From Candidatus Binataceae bacterium (GTDB lineage Bacteria; Desulfobacterota; Binatia; Binatales; Binataceae), in contig JBEKJC010000019.1 in NCBI GenBank assembly GCA_050011435.1, forward strand, positions 6,087 to 70,086: a stretch of DNA of 64,000 bases, given 5' to 3'. Numbering within the stretch: position 1 is the stretch's first letter; each line of letters begins with the position of its first letter. Made by a program: the position numbers and the translations under genes. Below, piece by piece: positions 8,887-18,582 of this stretch. The notes beneath the pieces are model-generated. The model did no database searches, was not told the origin of the DNA, and worked only from the letters and a program-made list of their open reading frames with translations.

Positions 8887-10002
8887 ATGCCCGAATCTCT
8901 GCCTCGCGTCCTGCACATTTCACCGGTTGCGTTCGGTGGAGACGGTCAGTTTTTTGGGGGCGGTGAGCGCTATGCTCTCGAGCTCGCACGCGCTATGGCA
9001 CGGAAGGTTCCAACCACCCTGCTGACTTTCGGTGCGTCATCCAGGCACGGCGAAGATGGACCGCTGACGACGGTCGCGATGCGGAACTGGATACACTTCC
9101 GGCGTTTTCGCCTCGATCCTGTGAACCCGTTTGTCCTGACCGCGATTGCGAAGGCGGACATCGTTCACGTCCATCAGACTTATACTATGATGTCCGGATA
9201 CAGTGCCCTTGTGGGGAGGTTAACGCGTAAACCAGTTTTTACGACCAATCTTGGTGGGTACGGTTACGGATTGCATCGCATTTTCGATACTCGCGACTGG
9301 TTCAGGCAACATTTGCATATCAGCCAGTTCAGTCGCCGGCTGGATGGCCACCAGGATCTGGTCAATGCACGCGTGATTTATGGCGGCGTTGATCCGGATC
9401 GATTCCATCCGGATCCAACCGTACCTCGAAGCAACGAAGTCCTCGTCGTCAGCCGACTGCTGCCGCACAAGGGGATTGATTATGTGATCGATGCGATCGA
9501 CGACCGAATGTGTCTGCGCGTGATCGGACGTCCCTTCGCCCATGCCGCAGATTACCGTAAGCTATTGATCGAGCGAGCCGCCGGCAAGAACGTCATATTC
9601 GACGAGCAGTGCAGCGACGCGGAACTGATTCGAGCTTACCAAGGGGCATTGTGCGTGGTAAGTGCGAGCGTCTATCGTTCGGTTCTTGGCTCGTACCATC
9701 CGAATACGGAGCTCCTCGGGCTCGCATTCCTTGAAGGAATGGCATGTGGGCGGCCTGGAATCGCTACGGACGTCGCCAGCCTACCCGAACTAATCGAGGA
9801 TGGCGTCACGGGATTCATTGTGCCACCCAACGATCCGGTAGCGATCCACGAGAAGATAAAATGGCTGATGGATCATCCTTCAAGCGCCGATAAAATGGGC
9901 GAGGCGGCGCGTCAGCGGGTGCTGCGACTCTTCACTTGGGATGCCGCGGTGGCCGAATGCCTGAAAGCCTATGCCGCTACCGCGCCGACGCCGCTGGCAT
10001 GA
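8887..10002 (+). CDS. Glycosyltransferase, GT-B fold (family 4-like); paralog of 20211-21341
   Basis: RVLHISPVAFGGDGQFFGGGERYALELAR near the N-terminus. LGLAFLEGMACGRPGIATDVASLPELIEDGVTGFIVPPND in the C-terminal half. The start lies 3 nt after the preceding stop. Confidence 0.85.
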   Translation: MPESLPRVLHISPVAFGGDGQFFGGGERYALELARAMARKVPTTLLTFGASSRHGEDGPLTTVAMRNWIHFRRFRLDPVNPFVLTAIAKADIVHVHQTYTMMSGYSALVGRLTRKPVFTTNLGGYGYGLHRIFDTRDWFRQHLHISQFSRRLDGHQDLVNARVIYGGVDPDRFHPDPTVPRSNEVLVVSRLLPHKGIDYVIDAIDDRMCLRVIGRPFAHAADYRKLLIERAAGKNVIFDEQCSDAELIRAYQGALCVVSASVYRSVLGSYHPNTELLGLAFLEGMACGRPGIATDVASLPELIEDGVTGFIVPPNDPVAIHEKIKWLMDHPSSADKMGEAARQRVLRLFTWDAAVAECLKAYAATAPTPLA

Positions 10003-10102
10003 CTCGTTTGCGCAAGGTGCGTAGGGCCTTCGACTGTGAAATCGAATAAGCGGTGAAGCTGAAAATGGCATCCCGCATAAGTAAAGGAAACGGCTTTGAT
10101 AT

Positions 10103-11257
10103 TTAATGGACTCTTTCGGCACGCTCATCTGCTTTACCTCGAGGTCGGACACTCGAGGAAAGTATTTCGGCAAGTTTATTGATTTGCGTCTTCACGTCGC
10201 AGAGCATCTGCGCTCTGCGCGGTCCCGCGCTCCCGAGAGCAGCACGTAATACATTATCCTGGATCAGCACCCGTTCTGCCGCAGCAATCGCCTCGGCCTC
10301 CGGCGGGGTTAGAAAACCACAACTGTCATCGATAATTTCCAACGCCCCTCCCGAGGCTACGGCGACGACCGGGAGGGCAGCGAAAAGTGCTTCAATAAAA
10401 ACGATACCGAATGGCTCGGGTCTCAGATTGGATTGGCAAAATAGGTCTGCCGCGCGCAATAATTGCGGCACGTCATTGCGTTGGCCCAGGAACCTGATCC
10501 GTTCCGCAATTCCAAGTCGCCCGGCCTCGGCCTTGAGTGACTCGAAATATGTAATTTCGCTGGGCCGTTGAGGACCGCCGACCTGCCAACATATCCAGTT
10601 CGGAATATCTTTCAGCATACTCAGCGCTTCCAAGTGCAACCGATGGCCTTTCCACGACTGCATGCGGCTTACTTGAATGATCACTGTTGCGTCGTTATCG
10701 GTGCGCAATGAGGCTCGGATTAATTTTCGTTCATTCTCATCGGGCGCGATCACGGGCCGTGGAACAGGATAATAGATTACTTCGGTCCGAATCTCTGAAA
10801 AACTCCTCGGAAGGGTCGATGCCGTGAACGAGCTGTTGCAGATTACCAGGCTTGGTCGTGCAGCAACGCGCGCCCATATATCGATCAAGTGACGCTCGCT
10901 GGCTGAATTATGAAACCATGAAACCAGGGGAATATCAGCCGAATTCACCGCTGGCCCGAAGATTGCCTGCGACCATTGATTGTGGCATATTACGCAATCG
11001 AACTCCCGCTCACGGAGCAGTTTGGCGAGACGTCTTCGGGCGCGCCTGACCGACAGAGGATTCCGGGCACGAACGTTACCCAACATGTGAAGGGGAACTC
11101 CTGTTGCAGAAAGCTCGTCCGAGAGGCGTCCTTCAAAGCAGAGCCCGTACTCCGGTTCCATCTCCGAACAGAGATTTCGTTGCTGCGCGAGACTGATCAA
11201 AAAGGTTTCGACGCCACCGAAGAGATTCCCGCTCGAAATGTGGAGCACGCGTATCAT
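10103..11257 (-). CDS. Glycosyltransferase, GT-B fold (family 4-like)
   Basis: N-terminus MIRVLHISSGNLFGGVETF. C-terminal region PEPFGIVFIEALFAALPVVAVASGGALEII. It is the only minus-strand glycosyltransferase in the locus. Confidence 0.85.
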   Translation of the reverse strand: MIRVLHISSGNLFGGVETFLISLAQQRNLCSEMEPEYGLCFEGRLSDELSATGVPLHMLGNVRARNPLSVRRARRRLAKLLREREFDCVICHNQWSQAIFGPAVNSADIPLVSWFHNSASERHLIDIWARVAARPSLVICNSSFTASTLPRSFSEIRTEVIYYPVPRPVIAPDENERKLIRASLRTDNDATVIIQVSRMQSWKGHRLHLEALSMLKDIPNWICWQVGGPQRPSEITYFESLKAEAGRLGIAERIRFLGQRNDVPQLLRAADLFCQSNLRPEPFGIVFIEALFAALPVVAVASGGALEIIDDSCGFLTPPEAEAIAAAERVLIQDNVLRAALGSAGPRRAQMLCDVKTQINKLAEILSSSVRPRGKADERAERVH

Positions 11258-11537
11258 TCCGCACCATTTCCAGATTCTTCGTTCTCAAGCCAAGCTAGGT
11301 ATATATCTGTCAATTCAGTAGCAATGCGCAACTCGTGATATTCGTTGAGGATGCATATCGGCTGCGGCCCACCATCGCTGTCGGTACGATACTGCTGATC
11401 GTCGATCTCGGTGCGAACGTCAGCGTCACTGCTTTGGGATTTCCGCGAGTAGTGAGGCGCTCTAGCTATTCAGGCGCGAGCGAATAGAAAAAAACTTCCA
11501 GTCGCAAACACCGTGATCTTCGTGGCTTGAGCACTCG

Positions 11538-12887
11538 ATGTTAGCAATTACAATTTGCCTGATTTGCTTCGGCGTCAGCTACGTCGCTGGCCGTCGCGCC
11601 TTGTGGGCCGGATTCATGGCGACCATGGTGGTCGGATATTTTTATGGAATTCTCCGCGCCAATCTCGAATCACGCTTTGGCCATTTCATTTTTGATTTCG
11701 CTGCGGTGGGCTTTTATCTCGCCCTGCTCACGCGGCGCGATACCCCGATTCAACGCTTTAAGATCCGCCGGGTGATGCCGTGGGTGTTGGCCCTCGCGGG
11801 ATGGCCGTTACTGATCATGCTGTTACCGCTGCAACCCCCTTTGATCCAGTTGGTGGGATTGCGCGGGCAGATCTTTTTCCTGCCCTTCATACTCGCAGGC
11901 GCGATGCTCGACGGCAGCGATATGCGCAAGATTGCGTTCGGACTCGCGCTCTTGAGTCTGATCGAAATCGTCTTCGCGCTGGCCGAGGCCCAGTTTGGCG
12001 TCACGCGCTTTTACCCGATGAACGCGATCGATGAGATTATCTACAAAAGTATGGATGTGGCGGTCGGCGCCACCACTGCCTTTAGAATTCCGGGAACGTT
12101 CGTGCAGGCGGCGGCCCTCGGCAGCAATATGGCGGCTAGTTTGCCGTTACTGCTCGGCGCAATGATCCAGGAACGACGCGGGGCGTCGCGTCGTAAACTG
12201 CTGCTGATCGCCACGGGTGTGTCGGCGCTCGGTGTATTTCTTTCGGCGTCGCGCAGCGAGGCGACTTTGCTTTTCGTGCTTGCGCTTGCCGCAACCTTCT
12301 CAGGACGGATAAAGAACTTCCCGTGGTTTGGCTGGGTCGCGTTGCTCGCGGTGGTCGGAACGCTCGTGGCCGTGAGTCCGCGCATGCAGCGATTCGTGAC
12401 GCTCGAGAACACCAGTTACCTGAAGAACCGCGTTTCCAGCAGCGTGAATTCCAGTTTTCTCACGCTCGCATGGGAATATCCCCTTGGCAACGGTCTCGGC
12501 GGCGGCGGCACCAGCATGCCGTATTTCCTCCAGTCGGAGTTGCATGATCCGGTCATGATCGAAAACGAGTATGGACGCATCATGCTCGAGCAGGGCCTGC
12601 CTGGCCTCGCGATCTGGCTCTGGTTCATTTTCTGGATCCTGACGCGGCCACTGCCGCAAGCAACCGATCCGTGGTATCTCGGCAAATGGCTCGCGCGAGT
12701 CCTGCTCTTTTTCTGCTTTATGACCGCTCCGACCGGACTCGGGCTGCTGACGTCGATTCCGGGAACCGCCCTGTTATTGCTATTTGCGGGGTGGATCGCG
12801 ATTCCGAACGTCACGCCCGCAACCGCGCGCGCCGTTCGCCGCGAGGCGCCCGCGCCGAAAGCCGATCCGATGCTCAAGACCGCATGA
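11538..12887 (+). CDS. Wzy-type polymerase / O-antigen-ligase-family polytopic membrane protein
   Basis: About 10-12 hydrophobic segments. The central region is ALGVFLSASRSEATLLFVLALA, followed by a loop EYPLGNGLGGGGTS that is typical of Wzy_C-like proteins. Confidence 0.7.
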   Translation: MLAITICLICFGVSYVAGRRALWAGFMATMVVGYFYGILRANLESRFGHFIFDFAAVGFYLALLTRRDTPIQRFKIRRVMPWVLALAGWPLLIMLLPLQPPLIQLVGLRGQIFFLPFILAGAMLDGSDMRKIAFGLALLSLIEIVFALAEAQFGVTRFYPMNAIDEIIYKSMDVAVGATTAFRIPGTFVQAAALGSNMAASLPLLLGAMIQERRGASRRKLLLIATGVSALGVFLSASRSEATLLFVLALAATFSGRIKNFPWFGWVALLAVVGTLVAVSPRMQRFVTLENTSYLKNRVSSSVNSSFLTLAWEYPLGNGLGGGGTSMPYFLQSELHDPVMIENEYGRIMLEQGLPGLAIWLWFIFWILTRPLPQATDPWYLGKWLARVLLFFCFMTAPTGLGLLTSIPGTALLLLFAGWIAIPNVTPATARAVRREAPAPKADPMLKTA

Positions 12888-14185
12888 GCGCGCTTGGGAA
12901 CGATAATTCCAATATCGCATGGTCAGATCGGACGTCCGCCGGCTCGAGGCCGTCGAGCTTGCAGGTAAATTCCTCCAACACCCGGACCTGGGTCCTGGTC
13001 GCCGGCGACTTTCACCGCGCAGGCGGTATGGATCGCGCCAACGCGGAGCTAGCCGAATACCTGTGTACCACCGGAGCCACCGTCCATCTCGTGAGCCATC
13101 GCGTCGATGCCGAACTGGCGGAACATCCCAACGTTTGGGTTCATCGAGCTCCGCGCATCGCCGGTGCGCACTTCCTGGCTCAGCATCGGCTCGACCGGCT
13201 CGGACGCACGGTTGCGGCCGACGTGATGGCGCGGGTGCCGGATGCACGGGTGCTGGTTAACGGGGTCAATTGCGCATGGCCCGACATCAACTGGATTCAT
13301 TTTGTGCATCGGGAATGGCTCACCTCACCGGAGCAAGCTCCGCTATGGTTCAGGATCAAGCACGGCATCCAGCGCCGGTCGAATTCACGTAAAGAACTCC
13401 GCGTGCTCGGGAGCGCCCGCATCCTGCTTGCGAATTCTGAGCGGACGCGGACCGATCTGATTCGCGATGTCGGCGTGGCGGCGGAGCGGGTGCGAATGAT
13501 TTATCTCGGTTGTGGTCCCGAGTGGCAATCCGTCACACCGGATCGCCGGGCGGCGGCACACGCGTGGCTCGGCGTGCCATCCGATCGGCCGCTGGCGGCG
13601 TTCGTTGGCGCCTTTGGCCATGACGGGCGCAAGGGTTTCGATACCCTGTGGTCGGCATGGCGGTCTCTATGTGCGCGATCGGATTGGGACGTCGATCTCA
13701 TTGTTGCCGGTGGTGGACGTGCGTTGCCGGGTTGGCGCCGCGAGATCGAGCGCGCGGGACTTGAGTCACGCGTGCGGACGCTGGGATTTACCGATCGCAT
13801 CAACGATGTGCTGGCGGCAGCGGATCTGCTGGTGAGCCCGGTGCGCTATGAGTCATACGGACTCAATGTGCAGGAGGCGCTCGCCTGCGGCATCCCGGCG
13901 ATTGTTAGTAGCAGCGCGGGAATTGCCGAGCGTTATCCGGCAGAGCTGAACGACCTGTTGCTGCCGAATCCCGACGACGCGGATGACCTCTCCATGCGGC
14001 TCCTCCGATGGCGCGCGAGCGTGGAGGAGTGCAAGCGCAAAATCGTGCCATTGGCAGCGACTCTGCGCGCTTGGACCTGGCGTGATATGGCGGCGCAAAT
14101 CATCGCCGTCGCGGAGAACTCGGCAACGACCAAGGCCCCGGCTGATTTACCGGAAGAAATCGAAAGCGCCGGGGAGCCGCTATGA
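12884..14185 (+). CDS. Glycosyltransferase, GT-B fold (family 4-like)
   Basis: The track ORF 12671-14185 is trimmed to the ATG at 12884, which overlaps the upstream stop as ATGA. C-terminal region YESYGLNVQEALACGIPAIVSSSAG. Confidence 0.8.
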   Translation: MSALGNDNSNIAWSDRTSAGSRPSSLQVNSSNTRTWVLVAGDFHRAGGMDRANAELAEYLCTTGATVHLVSHRVDAELAEHPNVWVHRAPRIAGAHFLAQHRLDRLGRTVAADVMARVPDARVLVNGVNCAWPDINWIHFVHREWLTSPEQAPLWFRIKHGIQRRSNSRKELRVLGSARILLANSERTRTDLIRDVGVAAERVRMIYLGCGPEWQSVTPDRRAAAHAWLGVPSDRPLAAFVGAFGHDGRKGFDTLWSAWRSLCARSDWDVDLIVAGGGRALPGWRREIERAGLESRVRTLGFTDRINDVLAAADLLVSPVRYESYGLNVQEALACGIPAIVSSSAGIAERYPAELNDLLLPNPDDADDLSMRLLRWRASVEECKRKIVPLAATLRAWTWRDMAAQIIAVAENSATTKAPADLPEEIESAGEPL

Positions 14186-15126
14186 ATAGTGAATCGATGA
14201 ACGTGGACCGCGCTGTACGCACCGACGATCGCCCGCCGCGCATCAGCACGCTCGAGGGCCCGACAAGTCTGCCGGGCGCCGATGGCGCCGTTGCGATCGA
14301 GCTGCCATTGAAGCCGATCCTGACGATTGAGAGCGCGCGCGGGTGGACCAGGCTCGATTTGCGCGACCTCTGGGCTCATCGCGACCTGTTCTATTTTCTG
14401 GTGTGGCGCGACGTGAAAGTCCGCTACAAGCAGACCGCGCTCGGGGTTGCGTGGGCGGTGCTGCAACCGCTTTTGACGATGGTCGTTTTCACCGCCATCT
14501 TTGGCCGGCTTGCCGGTGTTCCATCTGACGGCGAACCATATCCGATTTTCGTGTACGCTGGGCTGTTGCCCTGGAGTTTCTTTAACCAGGCGGTGACTAC
14601 CAGCAGCAACAGCCTGGTCGGGAATGCGGCATTGATCACCAAAGTTTACTTTCCGCGGCTCGTGATTCCGGGGGCCGCCGTCGGTGCCGGCCTGGTGGAT
14701 TTCGCGATCGCCGCCGTGATTCTGTTCGTGATGGCCTTCCACTATGGCGTCGCCTTCGGAGCGAGCATCCTCATGTTGATTCCGCTGGCGCTGCTGACTA
14801 TGCTTTTTGCTGCCGGCATCGGCATGTGGATGTCGGCGCTCAACGTCAAATACCGCGACGTCCGCTATGCGTTGCCGTTCGTGTTGCAAATCTGGATGTA
14901 CGTGACGCCGATCATCTATCCGGTCACGTTCATTCCGCAGCGCTGGCGCTGGCTGATCGTGCTGAATCCGCTGAGCGGAATCATCCAGGGATTTCGTTCA
15001 GCGATCTTTAGCCGTCCATTCGATTGGAGCGGGATGGCCGTTTCCGCGGCAATGACGGTGAGCGTATTGATATACGCGGCCTTCGCCTTCCGCCGCATGG
15101 AGAGGGAATTCGCCGATATCATCTGA
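14182..15126 (+). CDS. wzm: ABC-2 type polysaccharide export permease (Wzm/KpsM/TagG-like)
   Basis: RDLFYFLVWRDVKVRYKQTALGVAWAVLQPLL is the signature N-terminal region of ABC-2 glycan permeases. Six hydrophobic segments follow. The start overlaps the preceding stop as ATGA. Confidence 0.85.
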   Translation: MNSESMNVDRAVRTDDRPPRISTLEGPTSLPGADGAVAIELPLKPILTIESARGWTRLDLRDLWAHRDLFYFLVWRDVKVRYKQTALGVAWAVLQPLLTMVVFTAIFGRLAGVPSDGEPYPIFVYAGLLPWSFFNQAVTTSSNSLVGNAALITKVYFPRLVIPGAAVGAGLVDFAIAAVILFVMAFHYGVAFGASILMLIPLALLTMLFAAGIGMWMSALNVKYRDVRYALPFVLQIWMYVTPIIYPVTFIPQRWRWLIVLNPLSGIIQGFRSAIFSRPFDWSGMAVSAAMTVSVLIYAAFAFRRMEREFADII

Positions 15127-15204
15127 TCCCGACACGGTGTCCCGTTCCGGAAGGCTATGTGTAACGGCCCGATCGCACCCAGAGCGCGCAGCAACCAGCT
15201 ATAA

Positions 15205-16473
15205 ATGCGGCCGATAATCAAAGTCGAAAACCTCGGTAAGCGTTACCTCATTGGTAAACGCGAACCGTATCGCACTATACGCGACTCGATCACGCGGGCG
15301 GTGGCGGCTCCATGGCGCGGTTTGCGTGCGCGCCTTGCCGGTCAGGCGGCCGGTCCTGATACGAGCCATATATGGGCGTTGAGGGAAGTGAGCTTCGAGG
15401 TAAAGCAGGGCGAAGTGCTCGGGATTATCGGGCGCAATGGCGCAGGCAAATCGACCCTGCTCAAGATACTGTCGCGTATCACGGAACCGACCACTGGACG
15501 GATCGAGCTTTACGGGCGGGTCGGCAGCCTGCTGGAAGTCGGCACCGGCTTCCATCAGGAACTGACGGGCCGCGAGAACGTGTTTCTGAGCGGCGCGATC
15601 ATGGGCATGCGCCGCGCCGAAATCTTGCGCAAGTTCGATCAGATCGTCGCCTTTGCGGAAATCGAGGAGTTCGTCGATACTCCGGTTAAGCGCTACTCGA
15701 GCGGCATGTATGTGCGGCTCGCGTTTGCCGTCGCCGCGCATCTCGACCCCGAAATCCTGCTGGTTGACGAGGTTCTGGCCGTCGGCGACATAGCCTTCCA
15801 GAAGAAATGCCTGGGCAAACTCGGCGAGGTCGCGCGCGCGGGTCGCACCGTGGTCTTCGTCAGCCACAACATGGCGGCGATCGAAGCGCTCTGCACGAGC
15901 TGCCTGATGCTGACCGGCGGAACGCTTACCGCCCTCGGCGATCCGCTCGCGGTGATGTCGCACTACGTGGCCGAGGGCAGCGCGCCGGGTGACGGCGCCG
16001 CCGCGCTCGCGGTGCATCCGGGACGCCGTCCGGGCGACACGCCGACGATGACGCGGGTCGAGTTGCGCGGCGGGTCGGGTGCGCCTACCGGCGCGCTCCG
16101 AATCGGCGATCCGATGGAGATACGGGTCACCTATCGCGCCCAACGGCCGCTGCGGCCGGTACTCGGCTCGGTGATCAAGACCAGTTACGGAGCGCCGGTC
16201 TTTTGCGTCAGCGATCGCTTCTGCGGGCGGCTCGCCACCTGCACGCCGCGGGCGGAAGCAACCGTAGTATGCCGGATCGAGCGTCTGATGCTGATCCCGG
16301 GCCACTACTCGATCGATCTGTGGCTGGGCGACCTGGGCGACGACTTTGACGTGATCTTTGACGCTATCTCATTCGAGGCGCTGCCGGCGGACCTGACCGG
16401 CACGGGACGCCTGCCGCCGCCCAATTCCGGTGCGGTGTTCTGCGAAGCCGACTGGAGTATCCACGAGACATGA
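15205..16473 (+). CDS. wzt: Polysaccharide ABC exporter ATP-binding protein (Wzt/TagH-like) with a ~170-aa C-terminal extension
   Basis: Walker A GRNGAGKSTLLK, signature YSSGMYVRLAFA, Walker B ILLVDEVLAVGD. Residues after about 250 form an extra domain in the position of the Wzt_C carbohydrate-binding module. Confidence 0.9.
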   Translation: MRPIIKVENLGKRYLIGKREPYRTIRDSITRAVAAPWRGLRARLAGQAAGPDTSHIWALREVSFEVKQGEVLGIIGRNGAGKSTLLKILSRITEPTTGRIELYGRVGSLLEVGTGFHQELTGRENVFLSGAIMGMRRAEILRKFDQIVAFAEIEEFVDTPVKRYSSGMYVRLAFAVAAHLDPEILLVDEVLAVGDIAFQKKCLGKLGEVARAGRTVVFVSHNMAAIEALCTSCLMLTGGTLTALGDPLAVMSHYVAEGSAPGDGAAALAVHPGRRPGDTPTMTRVELRGGSGAPTGALRIGDPMEIRVTYRAQRPLRPVLGSVIKTSYGAPVFCVSDRFCGRLATCTPRAEATVVCRIERLMLIPGHYSIDLWLGDLGDDFDVIFDAISFEALPADLTGTGRLPPPNSGAVFCEADWSIHET

Positions 16474-17387
16474 GCGAACATGAGCCGGCGCCGATTCGCG
16501 TATCGACGATAATTCCCGTCTACAACGGCTCGGCGACGGTGGCGCAAGCGATCGATAGCGCGCTGGCGCAGGACTTCGACGGCCAGGAGATTATTGTCGT
16601 CAACGACGGTTCGACCGATAATACGGCCGAAGTGCTGGCGGGGTATGGCGATCGGATTCGCATGATCCATCAGGCGAACGCCGGGGTGTCGTCGGCGCGC
16701 AACGCCGGCGCAGCGATCGCGCGCGGCGAATACCTCGCGCTTCTGGACGCGGACGATGTGTGGCTGCCGCATCATCTGAAAAGTTCGGTTACGGCGCTCG
16801 ATGCCGATCGCGCGGCGGTGTTGTGCTGTTCCGGATTCATCCCGATCGAGCATGGTGAAAGAATGCCGGCGATATATATTGAACGCTCGCCCTCTCTCGA
16901 TGAGTTGCTGCGGACAGGAACCGGTATGTTGCCAAGCGCGATCGTGATGCGGGCTGCAAGTTTCGTCAGCTGCGGAGGATTTGAGTCCAGATTATTTTAT
17001 TTTGAAGACCTCTATTTGTGGTTGCTTATGCGAGAGCAGGGAGAATTCCGTTGCGTGCACGAGACGCACTTTTTTTACCGGCAGCCGCCGTTCGCGGATC
17101 GCGCCGAGAAATACGAGGCGGGCCGCAAGCCATTTATTCGCTTGATTCGAGAGCGCTACGGAACCGTCGCAGAGACGATGGTCGCGGAGGTCAATCGCAA
17201 TGCGGCTCAAAGCCTGTTGCAGAAGGCGCTGCTGCGACTCGACGCGCGCGATTTAGCTGGCGCACTTCGCTACGCGTGGCGGAGCTTTCGCATTCGTCCA
17301 GTTCTGATTTTCGAACTAGGCCTGGCGGGTCGAATTTTCCGGATACGTAACCTTCGCCGTGTAACCCGCAAAATGGACGCGAATTAG
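16470..17387 (+). CDS. Glycosyltransferase family 2
   Basis: VSTIIPVYNGSATVAQAIDSALAQDFDGQEIIVVNDGSTDNT and LALLDADDVW (DxD). The start overlaps the wzt stop as ATGA. Confidence 0.85.
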   Translation: MSEHEPAPIRVSTIIPVYNGSATVAQAIDSALAQDFDGQEIIVVNDGSTDNTAEVLAGYGDRIRMIHQANAGVSSARNAGAAIARGEYLALLDADDVWLPHHLKSSVTALDADRAAVLCCSGFIPIEHGERMPAIYIERSPSLDELLRTGTGMLPSAIVMRAASFVSCGGFESRLFYFEDLYLWLLMREQGEFRCVHETHFFYRQPPFADRAEKYEAGRKPFIRLIRERYGTVAETMVAEVNRNAAQSLLQKALLRLDARDLAGALRYAWRSFRIRPVLIFELGLAGRIFRIRNLRRVTRKMDAN

Positions 17388-17429
17388 AAACGGCCGGCGC
17401 ATGCCCACCGGCACAATGCTCAAACAGCA

Positions 17430-18347
17430 ATGGCACCGCTCGTTTCAACCGTAATCCCTGCTTTCAACAATGCGGCGACGATTCGCGCCGCGGTCGAAAG
17501 TGCCTTGGTGCAGGACTTTCGCGATCAGGAAATAATTGTCGTCAATGACGGCTCGACGGACGCGACCGCGCGCATTCTGGGCGAATACGCAGGCCGCATA
17601 CGCGTCATCGAGCAAATGAACCGCGGCGTTGCCGCAGCGAGAAACGCGGGCGCTAAAGCCGGGTCCGGCGAATACCTCGCATTCCTCGACGCCGACGACA
17701 CCTGGCTGGCCGGCAAACTCACCCGAACGGTCGCGGCTCTGGACGCGAATCGCGAAGCAGTGCTCGCTTTCTCCGACTTAATCGCGCTCGAGCCCTCGGG
17801 TGAAACGCAGACGGTCACTACGGGCCCTGCGCCGAGCATGGACGACCTCCTGAAATCGCAGCCGCGAATTCAGGTGGGAACGTGGCTGATGCGCCGCAAT
17901 GCGTTCGAGCAATGCGGTGGCTTCTGCGAGGAGTTCCGCGCCTGCGGCGGCGAGGATCTATACATGCTTCTGCGTGCGCGCGAACTCGGAGAATTCGTCT
18001 ATGTCGCCACGCCGCTACTGTTTTATCGTGCGCCAGCGTGGCCGGCGGTCGCGGGTAAATATAGTCTGGCCCGTCGCCCCCTGATAGCAATCCTGCGCAG
18101 CCGCTATGGCGAGCGATCCCGGATCCTGCGGCGCGACCTCAAACGGTTGTATGCTTCCTCCCACCTGCAACGGGCGCTCGAACAAATCGATCGGCGCGAG
18201 ATCCGGGGCGCTGCAATCAGCCTAATCCGATCGATATGCTGCGACCCGCTCTTTGTTTTCCAATGTGTTGGTTTGGAACGAGCGTTCTCCAGCCGCAATC
18301 TGGCGCGGCTCCGGCGGCTTGTGCCGCGCGCGCGGCATGATGCATGA
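17430..18347 (+). CDS. Glycosyltransferase family 2 (tandem paralog of 16470-17387, same length)
   Basis: VSTVIPAFNNAATIRAAVESALVQDFRDQEIIVVNDGSTDAT and LAFLDADDTW. It is colinear with the upstream GT2 over its whole length. Confidence 0.85.
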   Translation: MAPLVSTVIPAFNNAATIRAAVESALVQDFRDQEIIVVNDGSTDATARILGEYAGRIRVIEQMNRGVAAARNAGAKAGSGEYLAFLDADDTWLAGKLTRTVAALDANREAVLAFSDLIALEPSGETQTVTTGPAPSMDDLLKSQPRIQVGTWLMRRNAFEQCGGFCEEFRACGGEDLYMLLRARELGEFVYVATPLLFYRAPAWPAVAGKYSLARRPLIAILRSRYGERSRILRRDLKRLYASSHLQRALEQIDRREIRGAAISLIRSICCDPLFVFQCVGLERAFSSRNLARLRRLVPRARHDA

Positions 18348-18467
18348 CTCGCACAAAAATATGCCCGCACGCGTACGAACGACGTTGGACGTGGCTGTTT
18401 CCCGCCTGGTTTCTAAACTTCGAGCTTGAGGTCGTAAAATAGTTGATGGCGATCAGGATCAACGACT

Positions 18468-18481
18468 GTCCACATGTGGAC
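18468..18481. promoter_or_regulatory. 14-bp perfect palindrome GTCCACATGTGGAC upstream of the 18583 membrane-protein gene
   Basis: Read directly from the sequence. It lies in the 235-bp lower-GC intergenic gap, about 100 nt upstream of the ATG. Confidence 0.25.
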
Positions 18482-18582
18482 TGCCTAGGCGGTGCAGCGA
18501 GTCAGAAAGCGCGTTCGATCGAATCCGGTTCGGCGAAAAAGAATTCCTTCGAAATGCCGGGGACCGCCTGGCGTGGACCGCG

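Noticed and set aside
12671-12883. N-terminal extensions offered by the ORF track. These are 12671 for the GT4, 22275 for the GT4, 23824 for FkbM, 43408 for the GalT-like gene, 58927 for the Cys-motif protein, 60867 for ACAD, 31373 for LLM and 45553 for the crotonase.
   Set aside because: The extensions overlap the upstream or opposite-strand gene and are Arg/Pro-rich. In each case an internal ATG or GTG coincides with the start of family homology, often with an SD sequence or an ATGA/TGATG coupling junction.
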